Positions 42,773 to 56,756 of a stretch of 64,000 bases of DNA are shown one piece after another. A program made the position numbers and the translations under genes. Every line of letters starts with the position of its first letter. The stretch's first letter is position 1. Origin of the DNA: the human T2T-CHM13v2.0 reference genome, Homo sapiens; assembly GCF_009914755.1 (NCBI RefSeq), contig NC_060926.1. One strand, given 5' to 3'. The notes under the pieces are model-generated. The model saw nothing but the letters and a program-made list of their open reading frames with translations. It made no database searches and had not been told where the DNA came from.

Positions 42773-43971
42773 CAAGAGTTTGCTCAGGCTGAACTCTGAG
42801 CTGCCGGAAGCCTTTGTAGACACCCCCAGAACATGCTGGCCCCACCTCTGAGCTCCTGGTGTACCTCGGTTCTCATGAGGCCCCCGCACTTCAGCCTCTG
42901 GTGATCCTCTTTTTCGAGCCAGACATGTTGGCTCAGCAAACACTCCCTGAGCCCACATCATGAGTCACCAGAGGCCCTTGACCCTTCCTCCCACAACCTT
43001 CCCCCACTGCGCCCGCTCTCACCCTGGTCACAGTTAGCCGAGTGTGTGCAGGGAACTGTGTATGAAGGTCAGGCCTGCCCTGCTGCCCCTGCTGGTCCCT
43101 GGAGCCGCCACGGGGATGGAAGAGTGGGTCCTTTTGATGCACTCAAGCCTGGGATATGGTCCTCCAGGGCCGGCATTGAAGGAATGTACAAGGGCTGCCC
43201 CAGGGCCTGCAACACTAACTGTGAAGAGTCCCCTAAAACTTCCCTGATGAAAACCACCACAGCCTCCATTTCAGAAGAGGGACGTGGGCTTCTTGCCATG
43301 TCTCTGCTGCTGATGGGCTCTGTGACTGGCACAATTTCCTTCCTGTTGCTGGTCCCCAGTTTTGTCATCTTTAAATCTGGGCATCGACCCATCGGGGATG
43401 GCTACAATAGCTTGCATCTTACACATTCCAACTCAGATGGCTCTGGCTGTGCCACTGGGTTGAGAAGGATTCTGAGGTTCAATCCAGGCTTAACAGGAAG
43501 AAGTGCAGTGATCCATTAGTGACATCTGCCATGGGTGTGGGGAGAGTGGGGGCCCAGGTGTGCTAAGGCTGGGTTAGATGCTTTGTGAGTGGGCTTTGGG
43601 CAACACGTCCACGTGAGTCTATGGATGCCTGATGATAGAGAAAAGATCCTGGAGGAGGTGAATGGGTCTGAAATGAGTGGCTGATGGCATCACAAATCCT
43701 TTTTGAGCTTACTTTGGTGCATTGAGGCAGCTGGCATGGCCTGCCTGCTGGGAAGGCATCAATGACCCAATGGAGAGACGGCTCCTTCCCTATGCTGGGG
43801 TTGAAGTTGCAGGGCAGTTAGGCTAGGGCCCTGCTCTGTGTTTTGTCTCTCAGGTGGCCATAGTGCTTGGTAGAAGAGGCTGTCCTCTGGCTCAGGATTT
43901 GCAGCAACAAGGCCAGCCTCTAGCTGGGCCTAGCCAAGTGCCCTCTGAGACTCGCTGGAAGTGAGGTCCCC

Positions 43972-44333
43972 TATCTCAATCCATTCAGGCTGCTACAACA
44001 AAATACCGTGGATGGGGTGGCTTAGAAATGGCAGACATGTATTTCTCACAGTTCTGGAGGCTGAAAGTTCCAGATCAAGGTGTCAGCAGCTTCGGTGTCT
44101 GGGAGGGCTGGCTCTCTGATTCCTGGAGGGGGCTGTCTTGCTGCATCTTCATGGATGGAAGGGGCAAGGGGGTTTTCCTCAGGTCTCTTTTATAAGGGCA
44201 TTAATCCCAAACAGGAGGGCTCTGTCCTATGCCCTAATCTCTTCCAAAGGCCCCACCTCCCATACCCTCACCTTGCTGGAGAGAATTTCAACATACACGT
44301 TGTCGGGAGTAAAAAAACACTCAGATCATAGCA
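43972..44333 (-). mobile_element. MLT1A-like LTR
   Basis: CCATTCAGGCTGCTACAACAAAATACC...TTTCTCACAGTTCTGGAGGCTG...CAGATCATAGCA. Confidence 0.82.
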
Positions 44334-44551
44334 TCTCGGGATAGACAGAGCCCGGCATGCCACTTCCCTGAATGAGGGAGACATTCTTGTAGCCTGCACA
44401 GCTGGAGCAGGGAGTGAGAGCCTCGGCAGCCTTGGGAGAAGGTGCCCTAATGTGACATGGCCTCAGTTTCCCAGCTGTGGGCAGAGATCACAGCAGCTGT
44501 CTCCTTTTCAGTCTGGACAGATGGCTGTGACCCACAGAAACGCCATGGCCC

Positions 44552-44616
44552 GGGAACAGAGCTGTGTCTACCCTGGGACACAGCTGTAACTACCCTGGGA
44601 CAGAGCTGTGTCTACC
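44552..44616 (+). repeat. About 22-bp minisatellite, roughly 3 copies (GGGACAGAGCTGTGTCTACCCT)
   Basis: Direct observation of three near-identical units. Confidence 0.85.
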
Positions 44617-45602
44617 CACGGGAAGGGGGATCCTTTTCTAATTTGTACAAAGGTGCCCTGGGGGTCCAGGTCATGCATAGAAAATTCCTCACCAGGCACT
44701 CACCAGGAGCAGAACCCTATCATCCTCCTCCTCCTCACAGTGACTCCTGCTCTAACAGAGGCACAGAGGCGCAGAAAGAGGGAGTTCCCCTGAGGCAGCA
44801 GGAGGGCTTCCTGGAGGAGGGAGGGTTTGGGCTGGGCCTTGCTGATCCTGTAGCAACCAGTGATTCTGGCCACAGCCCGTGCCTGCCTGCCTGACTCTCT
44901 GCGAAGGGACTGCAGCCTGCTCTGTGCTGCGGCCCTTCCTCGACATGGCTGGTTTCTTCCCTAGGTCTATCTTTGGTTCCTGCTGACTCTTCCGTGACAT
45001 AAATGCAAATGAGACCACAGACAACTAGCCTCAAAGCCAAGGAAGCTGCTGGCTGGAGTTGTCTCCACAGTCCCCTGCTGGGCAGGGAAGTGGGCAGAGG
45101 TGATGGTCACGTCCATCCATCACGGCCCATCAGGGGAGCAGGCCTCTTGGGGCCCCTGACACCTCCAAGTGGCCAAAAAAAAGGTCATACCAGGAGACAG
45201 AGCCTTAGACTAACCAACAAGAGCTTCCCGCATGGCTGATGACAGTTTCCCACGTTCTTTCTTAATCACTGGGACCTTAGTTCAAAGGTGATCCTGTGTG
45301 GAGTCCTGAAATGTAAAGCAGAGTGGTCCAGAGCTTACCTCTTGCCCTGAGGTCTTTTCATCAAACCTAGGGCTCCTTAGGGCACAGTAGCTTGAAAACC
45401 GCTGACCCACAGGATGTGACTCAAATTTCTAAAGCTCTCACAACTCTCCCCTCCTTCCCCGTGACACTGCTCTAATCCCACCTCTGGGTGTAGCAGATAC
45501 CTCTCGCTCCTGCCTTGGCCCTTTAGTATTTTGATACTAGCTGCTTTGTCAAAACTCCTTCAAGACCCCAGCTAGGATACTGCCTCCTCCAGGAAGCTTA
45601 TT

Positions 45603-45969
45603 CTACTATCTGAATATTTGTGTTCCTCCAAGATTCTATTCATCTGCTCAAACCTAAACCCCCAAGGCGCTGGTATTAGAAGGTGAGGCCTTAGAGCAGG
45701 GATTAGGTCATGAGGGTAAAGCTCTCATGAATAGGATTAGTGACCTTATAAAAGAGGCTCCAGGGAGCTGCCTTGCCACTTTCACATGTGAGGACATGGT
45801 GAGAAGACAGCAATCTGTGAACCAGACAGCAGGCCCTCACCAGGCACCAAATCAACTGATGCCTTGACCTTGGACTTCTCAGCCTCCAGAACTGCGAGCT
45901 ATACATTGCTGTTGTTTATAATCACCCAGTCTATGGCAGTTTTTATAGCAGCTTGAAAGGACTAAGAGA
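45603..45969 (+). mobile_element. MLT1A0-like LTR
   Basis: GGATTAGGTCATGAGGG...TGTGAGGACATGGTGAGAAG...CTCAGCCTCCAGAACTG...GACTAAGA. Confidence 0.85.
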
Positions 45970-47341
45970 ATTACTTTTATCTCTTCCCCCCACCCACATA
46001 CATGTGAGCAGAGTGGTCCCTTCTTCCCCTTTCTGTGCTGTACTCTGTCCTTCTACCCATCACAGCCTTCCTCCTGCTGTGTCTGAAGCACCCATTTCTC
46101 CGTTTGTCCTACACACAAATCTCAGCTCCTTCAGGGCCTGGTGTTTTTCCCCCTCTGCATTTCCTGGGCTGGACCCTCATAGGTACCCCATCAGAATCTT
46201 TCACTGCAGACCCGTGGCAGCCAGCAGGTGCCATGGCTCCCTGGACTCTGTGGGTAGGATTTGGGCAACTTGAATGTGTTTAGGATCCAGCCATGGTTCC
46301 CATTAAGGCCACATAAAAGGCCTGAGCTGGAGTCATCTCTAATCCCTCCTTAAAAGGGAGGCCCAGGGGAGACACAGGCCGCCACTCCAGGGCCCCAGGG
46401 TCCCCTCTGTGTTTATGACATGGCCTCAGAACATGCAGTTTACAGGCCAGAAGCAGCATGAGGCCCTTGGCCACAGTCCTGGCCATCCCCTTATTGACCT
46501 TCTCTCTGAGCCCAGCAGGAAGCAGGCCTCTGTTCTAGGACTTTGGAGCAAAAGGTCACTTCCTGGGCCAGAGTAACCATGGCAACACCATTCCCCTGGC
46601 AGCCTTGGACTAGCAAAGTGTCCTCATAGCTCTGACTTTGTCTAAATTTATCATTTCAGGCTAAGGAAGGCCTTGTACTGGTTTTAGAGCCCTGGACGGA
46701 GCTCCAGGTGACATGGGCCTTCCTGGTTCTACCACCGACCTGCTGGGGGTTTCAGCAAGCCTTCACCTTCCACGTTGGCGTTCTCAGCTCTAAGAAAAGG
46801 AAGTTGATTTCCATGAGAGGTGATCAAACTGTGCTGTAGAAACCTCAGCGATTCCACAGAACATTAGAGTACCTCTGCCAAGCAGAATTCTCCACATGGA
46901 GAAACCTCCCCTCTTACTGATTTTATATGCCATGCATGTCAACGCTCTGGGGAAGATTTTTTGCTTGAGAAAAAAAAAAAATTCTTGCTGATTAAAGAAA
47001 AACAACCCTGGAAAGTGCTGAATATGGTATCTATGCATTTATTATGGAAATCTAGATAGTTTGCACTGAGATCATAGATGGTTCTCATAGAATGGGACTA
47101 GGAGGATTCAAGGAAAGAAGACCTGCTTCCTGTTTCCCAGCCCGTAAACCCTTGCTGTTGTTTTCAAGATTTTTATGATCCTTTCTGGGCTGTGATGAGA
47201 GGGCCTGGCAGGGGAGCCGGCTGCCTCCTTATCGAAGACTCCCTGCCTCAGTGCCTAGAGCCAGGCTCAGCCCTGGTGAGGAGGGACAATCCTGGCTGGG
47301 TAGGTCAGGCAGCTAAAAGTTGGGGGTCAGGTCCCCTACTT

Positions 47342-48152
<811 letters not shown>

Positions 48153-48901
48153 GGTACTTCTTTGAATATATAATTGGGCTCTTTATATTCTTCTTGTAAA
48201 CTTCCCCCTTTCTTCTCCAGGGAGTACTGAGATGGTCAGCTGAGCTTCTCCCTGACAAGGGGTCCCGGGAGGGAAGGGACAGATGCTAGGGAGGGCAGTG
48301 GGGAGTGGGGGGAATGGGGTGAGGTCGGTGGAAACCAGAGACAAGCGCAGGAGCCCACAACCTCAGCACCGCCCCTGGGGGCCTGTAGCCTGCTGGAGAT
48401 ACTGCTAAATCCTGGTGGAAACGTGTCTATTCTTTTCAGACTCCCGGCAACCAATCCGGGCCAGTAGCTGGGGCTGTTGGGATTCTGGAACAGGAACTGG
48501 GACAAGAAGGTGGAGGAGCTGTCCTGGCCCCAGGGGGAGTGAGGACACAGCAGTACCCACAGGTCCCACTCTTCCTCCCTTCCCCTGCCCTGGAGCAGGG
48601 AAGTACATCCCATGTTGGCAATCCTGCCAGCCACAGGCAGCCAACGGGTGCACGCTGTCCCAGCGAGCTGCCTGGGCTCGTGCCCAGTTAGGGACGTGGC
48701 CTGTGTCACCCCAATTGTCCAGGCCACCCAAGGCAGGCAAATGAGCTTTAGGTATTTTAAAATCAGATTTGGATACACACCAAACCGGGATGCTATCTCT
48801 GGAGACAGGCTGGGATTGTGGACAGAGGTCAAAGGGGCTTTGAGCCTTATCTGCCATGTTCCATTTTATTTTCAAGGAAAATGTATTCATGGACTTCTTG
48901 T

Positions 48902-48904
<3 letters not shown>

Positions 48905-48946
<42 letters not shown>
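48905..48946 (+). repeat. (AC)21 microsatellite
   Basis: Uninterrupted dinucleotide run. Confidence 0.97.
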
Positions 48947-48951
<5 letters not shown>

Positions 48952-50733
48952 TTTTTTTTTTTTAAAGATCTGACTTTAAAAGCTTACAGTAAAAATAACA
49001 ATTGTTTTACAAGAGACTCCAAACATGTTCTTCTTTGGAGGTGGGAGGTAGGGAGGGACTGCCTGATTAGCACTGTGCCCTTGATATGCCAGCATCAGGT
49101 CCAGCTCCTGTGCCTCAGTTTCCCCATCTGTTCCCCAGGGAGACAGGCCTGATAATCTCCAAGGTTCATTCAGCCCTGCCATCAAGTGACAAGAAGTTCC
49201 ACTCTGTGAAGTCACAGGCAGCCTGTCTGCCTGCGTTCCTTGTGAGCCTTAGTTACAGCAGTGAGAGCTGATTCCAGATGCGAGCCCTCAGGGGCCTGAG
49301 AGTGGTCCCAGGGGGACCCCTGGGGGCTCTTTGGCCAAATCAGTTAAGCTTCCTTCCTGGGGAGAGTAATGCCAGGCCTCAGAAAGCTTCAACAGCCCAG
49401 CCTCTGTGCAGTCGGACCAAATGCTGGCCTTGTAGCCTGTTAGTCCCTTTTCTTGCCACGCTTGGGAATGAACAACTGTGATCTACGGGTGTCATTAAGA
49501 CAGAGATGGTCTGGTTAGGGACACTGGCCCAGTGACCCTGCCCCTGGCACCAATCACTATGACAACAGCTCAATAGGGTCCCAAGGGCCTAAGAATCCTG
49601 CTTCCACTGAGGGCGAGGTTGGCTGAGGTCAGACAAAGAGGGATTAATAGAGCCCTGTTCTCGTTAAACCACAAAGCGCCATTATTACAAGTCGCAACGG
49701 CCCTAGCAGGAGATGTATCATGCTTTCAAGTCACAGAGAACCCAGCAAACCAAAGAGAATGGGTCCAGCATCAGCCACAAAGTCACCCTGGGGCCCAGAA
49801 TCAGAGCAGGAGCAGAAAAATCTGAAATAACGCAAATGTTCAACAGACGTTTGCGTAACACACAGACCAACCATAAAATAGCACGGATTGTGGACATTCA
49901 AATGATGATGCTGATTGTATTTTCTACATTAAAATCCTCATGATATGTGGAAACAAGTTCACAAAAACTGTAAATAAGCAACATTTTTGTTTAAAAACTC
50001 ATATCCATATGTATAGACAGTGAAAATATAGAAGAAAAATCTTTTAAAATGTGAGTGGTTATCTTTGAAAAATGAGATTGTGTGTAATTCTTTTTCTTCC
50101 TTTGGTTTATCTGTATTTTTATAAAAAAATATATATTTCTCTTGTATTTCAAAATTTTTTTATTATTTTAAAAATTGGTGCAGAGAATTCTAGGGTGGAG
50201 TGGTCATTCTTTCCCTCTGGAGTCAAACTTCAGTTAATGAAACCCACAAGAGGGCACTGTTTCGGAGAGTTAAACTTTCTTTTTAACTAATATTTTATTA
50301 ATTCAAGTACCAATACTTAAAAATTTGTTTTACATTGACCAGTGTATAAGAAAATTATTCTAAACAGTACTGCATATTCTCATGCCTTCTTGCAATTGAG
50401 TACAATGAAAATAGTTTATCATTAGCTTCATCATTGTGAAAGGTGCAGATTCTACCATATCACATAATATGCTGATCTTCAGGGCTATTGGCTAAGCAGA
50501 AGAGTTTGTATCTGCACTAAGCAGCTTCAGATTACTTCCCTTACTGAGTATCTAGACTTGCTTTTTATAATTTTCCAGTTTCTTTCACTACTGATAAACC
50601 ATCAGTATCAGTATTCTGTAGAAACTCTTTGCCACTTTAATTTGGTGCTTCTAATCTGCCGTCATCTTGGAAAAACACACATGCTTGTTAGAAGTGTGAA
50701 TAAACTAAGAGAACGCAGATCTGAGTGAGGGTT

Positions 50734-51060
50734 TGATATCGTTTGGCTGTGACCCCACCCATATCTCATCTTGAATTGTAGTTACCATAATTCCCACATG
50801 CTGTGGGAGGGACCCGGTGGGAGGTAATTGAATCATGGGGGCGGGTCTTTCCTGTGCTGTTCTCGTGGTTGTAAGTTTCACGAGACCTGATGATTTTATA
50901 AACGGAAATTTTCCTGCACAAGTCGCTCTTGCCTGCCGCCATGTAAGAGGTCCCTTTGCTCTTCCTTTGTCTTCCACCATGATTGTGAGGCCTCCCCAGC
51001 CATGTGGAACTGGGAGTCCATTAAACCTCTTTCCTTTATAAATCACCCAGTTTTCAAGTG

Positions 51061-51067
<7 letters not shown>
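50734..51067 (+). mobile_element. THE1 (C/D-like) MaLR LTR lacking its 3' terminus
   Basis: TGATATCGTTTGGCTGTGACCCCACCC start; CCATGATTGTGAGGCCTCCCCAGCCATGTGGAACTG; stops at TGTCTT. Confidence 0.88.
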
Positions 51068-51091
<24 letters not shown>

Positions 51092-51188
51092 TTTTGAGAC
51101 GGAGTCTTGCTCTGTTGCCCAGGCTGGAGTGCAGTGGCGTGATCTCGGCTCACTGCAAGCTCCGCCTTCCAGGTTCACGCCATTCTCA
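51068..51188 (-). mobile_element. AluY 3' fragment with long poly(T)
   Basis: GAGACGGAGTCTTGCTC...CACTGCAAGCTCCGCC...GTTCACGCCATTCTC then an abrupt end; no convincing TSD. Confidence 0.9.
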
Positions 51189-51422
51189 TATCTTGTAAGT
51201 TATGTTGAAGAGTTTGGATTTTATCAGGGCAGTTGGGAGTTATTGAAGAATTTCAAGAAAGGAAGCAAGGGGCTCATATTTGTGTTTTTTGAAAGATTAC
51301 TACAGCAAGGACAATTTTGTGTGTGGCGAAACTGTTGGCAGGAAGACAGAAAGATGTGGGTTTGGAAATACAAAGGAAAGGAAATTGGGCTGTGAGGAGA
51401 TAGGTTATCAGGGATGTCATCC

Positions 51423-51491
51423 ATGTGTTTGAATTTATCAGCTAGAAGAGAGCAAGACCTGCTCTCTTCTAGCTGATAAATTCAAACACAT
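51423..51491. repeat. Perfect palindrome: 32-bp arms, 5-nt loop
   Basis: ATGTGTTTGAATTTATCAGCTAGAAGAGAGCA (51423-51454) - AGACC - exact reverse complement (51460-51491). Confidence 0.98.
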
Positions 51492-51982
51492 TCTCCTTTT
51501 AGGAGGAGCCATGCGGGGGGAATTTATTTCTGGCCTCTGTGCCAGAAAGAGCAACGTCTCTTCTAAACTACAGATACACTTTTATGTCATATGCCTGCAA
51601 ATCTTATATTAATAAATAACTGTATTTCCCTCTTTGCTTTGGTCACTGGGAAGCTCTGTGAATGTAATTCTATGCACGGAATTTACTTTTGGTTTCATCG
51701 CAAGATGCATACTTTCATTTTGCTCAGAATTGTTTATTTATGGTATCTTTTTGTCTTATTCAAATTTTCAAAAGTGGCATCAAATTATTTTTGGAATAAA
51801 GTGGAGTATAAAAAAGAAGTTTTTAAAGTGTGAGCTTGAAAAAAACCAAAACATCAATAGCTCTTTAACAGATTCTCAAATCCTTATGATTGCTCATTTT
51901 GTATACAGTTTTTGAAATCTGATGACTGTTTTGGTATGGTCAAATTTGTCTATGTTAAATATTGTTTTTAAAAACTGGAAAG

Positions 51983-53068
51983 TCGATGACACCAAAAGCA
52001 CAAGCCCATGAGGAAAAACTAGATAAATTGGAGTTCATCAAAATTTTAAAGTTTTGTGCTTCAAAGGCCACTATCAAGAAAGTGAAAATACAGCCCACAG
52101 AATGGGAGAAAATATTTGCAAATTATATATCTGATAAGGTTTATCGGGAATACATAAGAAGCTCTTTTCGAAAACTCAATAATAAAAAGACAACACAATA
52201 TAAAGATGGGCAAAAGATCTAGATAGACATTTCTCCAAACAAGATATACAAATGGCTAATAACAAGCACCAAAAAAGATGCTCAACATCATTAGTCATCA
52301 GATACAAATCAAAACCACCATGAGCTGTCACTTCACATTCATGAGGATGGCTATCATTAAAAAGACAGATATTAACAATTGTTAGGGAGGAGGTGGAGAA
52401 ATGGGAACCTTCATATCATGCTGGTGGGAATATAAGATGGCACAATTACTTTAGAAAACAGTCTGGAAGTTCCTCAAAAAGTTAAACATAGAATCACCAT
52501 ATAATCCAGCAATTCTACTGTTAGGTATATGTCCAAGAGAAATAGAAACATAGGTCCACACCAAAACTACACATGAATGTTCACAGCAACATTATTCACA
52601 ATAGCCAAAAGGTGAAAAAAAGCCAAATGCTTATTAACTAATGAATGGATAAACAAAATGCGGTAAAGCTATGCAAAGAATTGTTATCCAGCCCTAGAAA
52701 GGAATGGCCCAGGTCTCCTGATACATGCTGCAACATGGATGACCCTTGAAAGCAGTATGCTAGGCGAAAGAAGTCAGAATTACCAAAAATCCACATATTA
52801 CATTATCCCATATATATAAAATATCCAGAATGGGCAAATAGAGAGAGATAGAAAGTAGATTAGTTATTGCTTAACGTTGAGGGGATAGAGAGATTGGGGT
52901 TTGATGGCTAAGGAGTATAGAGTTTCTTTTAGAAGTGATGAAAATATAAAATTGATTGTGGTAGTATTTGTACAACTCTATGCATGTAATACAACTATTG
53001 AATTTACATCTTAAGTGAGTGAATTATATGGTACATGAATTATATCTCAATGAAGCCGTTTTAAAAAA
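51983..53068 (+). mobile_element. L1M (L1MB-like) 3' portion
   Basis: ORF2-like remnant (IKKVKIQPTEWEKIFANYISDK) followed by L1 3' UTR ending GAATTATATCTCAATGAAGC. Confidence 0.88.
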
Positions 53069-55521
53069 CATAATGGAAGCCACCATGCTTGGCCTACTCA
53101 GTAGACTGTTAATGGGAACCCAGGTCCTACATGGCCCTCCAGAGATGGGTTCTAACTCCGGCTCAGCCGCTTCCCAGCTATGTAAGCTCCTCACACAAAT
53201 CGCTTCATCTCCCTAAAATGGAGACAGCTATGCCTGATGCCCAGTGGGCCTGCACTGGGTCTAGAGAGTGCTGGAGCTCGGTAGGAGCCCAGTCCGCTGC
53301 TTCCCAGAGGGCCCTCCAAGACCCCTGCCCTCAGAAGGTGCCCAACATCCTAAATGAGTGGGGCCTGCAGATTCCCTTTTTGGAAATTAACAAGTGCTCT
53401 TGATGATGTTTAAATATTTAAATAACAATTCATCAGACCTTAAGGGGCTGAGAAACTCAGGGGAGGTTCTGGAAGGCAGGAGCTGCAGTGTAGCTGAGGA
53501 TGCCTCTTTTGTCCCTGTTCCCCATGGAGCCTAGGGGATGGTCTAAGAGGCTGTCTACACTTCAGTGGTCATTCACCCCTCAGCTGCAGAATCAGTAGCT
53601 TTCTAGTCTACACCCCACATTCTGCTTCTCTCAGCCCCTGAATAAGGAGCCTGCTTTTAAAGACTGCCCCGGGACAGCCTTGGGCATGGAGTTCTCTGTC
53701 GTGAGATTACAGAAAGTCAGCATCAGGCCTCCTCGTGTTAGAGACAGGTCGACTGAGGTCCAGGGATAGGTGAGCCTGGCTCAGTGGCCTCTCAGCCCAA
53801 TTCTCTGGAGGATTCCAGGACATGTCCTGAGCCACTCCAGTGAGCCGGGCTCTGCTCATGTTTCACGTGAGCACCTCCCTGAATTGCAACAACAAATCTG
53901 TGGAGTAGACATTGATTACCCTTTTTATAGATGAGAGCACAGAGACTGGCTCAAGGTGGCTTAGAGAGTGAGCAAGCTGGGATTCACATCCAGCCTGTCT
54001 GACAGCAAAACCTGTGTTCTTTGTTCTGGGCCAGTTCCCCCAGTTTCTTCATGCCAGAAGCCAAGCAGGTCGCAGAGGAGGGAAGATGCTTCCATCCCAT
54101 CCCCTGAGAGAGACTCCGCCACGGAGTCTGGGTTTTCAGGATATTATTGGGCCTCACCTGGTTGCACTACCTGCCCTCCCATCCCCACTCCGACTCATTT
54201 CTCTCCCTAAACACCAGATTCTCTGCAGCCCAGGCTCCTTGAGGTTGGGAGCGTTCATTTAAAGTCCCACGGGAGAAAAGGAAAAAGAATCATGGATGTT
54301 CCCAGTTCCAGCCTTGAGTCTCTCTCTCAGGATGCCTTTTGTTGCCAAGAATGATGAAACAGATGTCTTGGCAATAGCTTCAAATGTTTCCTGCCAAACC
54401 AGGGGAGAATTTGTCTTCAGTTTAGATGCAGCCAAGACAGACAAGTCCCAGCTCTTATTATTCACAGGAAGTGCACAAACACACACGAGCTTCCCAAACC
54501 TGGGAGGCCCATGGCTCCCCAGCTTCTCCTCATCAAGATTTCAGCATCATCTATAGACACAGGTTGCACCCCCCACTTGCTTCATGCCTTCCATCCTCCA
54601 CACCCTTCAGGCTTTCCATGTCACCCTCACCCCTCATCATCGATGACTCCAAGGCCTCGGCCTGGCAGGCAAGGCCACCTTCCTTTTGTTCCCATCATGT
54701 CCTAGGTAAACTTTTTGTTTTTGGTGGTGGCGGTGGTAAAATACACATCACATAAAATTTACCATTTTAACCATTTTAAAGGGTACAATTCAGTGGTGTT
54801 TAGTATATTTACAAAGCTGTACAACTCTTGTTGCTATCGACTTCCGGAATATGTCATCACCCCCCAAAGGAAAACCTATACCTCCCCGCACTCCCAGCCC
54901 CTGGCAACCAGCTACCTACCTTCTTCTGTCTCTTTAAATCTGTCTTTTCTGGGTATTTCATATAAATGGTATCCTACAATGTGTGACCCTTGGTGACTGG
55001 CTTCTTTCACTCAGCTGAATGTTTTCAAGGTTCATCCATGTCCTAGTGTGTGTCAGCACTTCTTGTACTAATACTTTAGGGCTGTTCTTTATGACTCAAT
55101 AATATTCTGTTGGATGGATAAACCACATTTTGTTGATTTGTTCTTCCACTGATGGATGTTTATGTTGTTTCCACCTTTTAGCTATTGTGAATAGTGCCAC
55201 TAGGAACATTCTTGCATGAGTTTTGTTCGAACCCCTGTCTTCAATTCTTTGGGGCATATACCTAGGAGTGGAATGCTGGGTCATACAGTAATTCTATTTT
55301 ACTTCTTGAGGAACCACCACACTATTTTCCATATTGACCATACCATTCTACATTCCTATCAGCAGGGTATGAAGCTTTCAGTTCCTCTACATCCTCACCA
55401 ACATTTGTTATTTTTCTTTCAAAAAAAAAAAATTCTAGCCATCTGAATAGATTTAAGTGGGTATCTCATTGTGGTTTTGATTTGTATATTTTTGACTAAT
55501 GATTTCACTGAGCATATTTTC

Positions 55522-56013
55522 TTTTTCTTTGATTTAATAAAGTTTTATTTTTCTAAATGTACAGTTGGTTGGACCTGTTCATGCGTCTTCACCAGCAGCT
55601 GGTGCATCTCCACCCTTGGTATTTCTGGTATAAATTACTTGAACTCTGCTTTGAAACCAGTTTGATGAGTCCTTTGCTAAGGAGCTCCTGAAGGCTGCCC
55701 TGGCCAGGGAGACTCAAATCTTCAGTCTCTCAGACACCATAGCTGGGGTTATAAGTTTACAGTTGGGAACTTCCTTACAGGGTTTGTCTTAGGTAGTTTT
55801 GTCAAACAAAACTAAGTTATTGGGCTTGTCCCGAACTATGTCTTTGGAGCACTTCTTCTTTTTGGCCTTGTCCCTGGATTTGCTCACTGGGTCTTTGTCT
55901 TTCCTGGCCAACTTTCCAGCGTCTTTCTTCTTCTTCTTGTCCTTGGGTGGCATTGCAAAGCTCAGAGAGCAGCGGTGAACGCTACAGCCTCGCTAAGATG
56001 TCAGACAAAAAGA
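55522..56013 (-). pseudogene. RPS25: Processed pseudogene of 40S ribosomal protein S25 (RPS25/eS25)
   Basis: ATG at 55953 reads [54 protein letters not shown]; downstream KLITPAMVSERLKI and [19 protein letters not shown] (TGA 55579-55581). Intronless, with 5' UTR, AATAAA and poly(A) remnant. Premature stops at 55789-55791 and 55714-55716, plus 1-bp and 2-bp deletions. TSD CACTGAGCATATTTTC (55506-55521) / CACTGAACATATTTTC (56014-56029). The symbol is the parent gene; the pseudogene number is unknown. Confidence 0.97.
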
Positions 56014-56418
56014 CACTGAACATATTTTCATGTGTTTGTTGTCCTTTGTATATTTTCTTTGAAGAAATGCCTATGTAAATCCTATGCCAATTTTTAAATT
56101 GGGTTATTTGTTGTTGAGTTGTAGGAGTTCTTTATATATTCTAGACACTAGATCCTTAAACGATATATGGTTTGCAAACATTTTGTCCTATTCTTTGTGT
56201 TGTCTTTCACTCTCTTGATGTTGTCCTTGGAAGCACAAAAGTTTTTAGTTTCGATAAATTCATCAATTTATCTTTTTATTTTTTTTTTGGCCGCTTGTGC
56301 TCTTGGTGTCATATCTAATAATCCATGGCCAAATCTCAGGTCATGAAGACTTACCCTATATTTTTATTAAGAGTTTTATAGTAATAGCTCTTATATTTAG
56401 GTCTTTGATTTATGTTGA

Positions 56419-56756
<338 letters not shown>

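Noticed and set aside
44552-44616. Short repeat array considered as CRISPR-like
   Set aside because: No unique spacers, eukaryotic context; it is a simple minisatellite.
49660-49720. RUNX (AAACCACA) and degenerate CTCF-like motifs
   Set aside because: The CTCF match is too weak to call without a PWM scan or ChIP data.
51962-52222. 86-aa ORF with L1 ORF2 similarity
   Set aside because: Decayed L1M remnant, not a gene.
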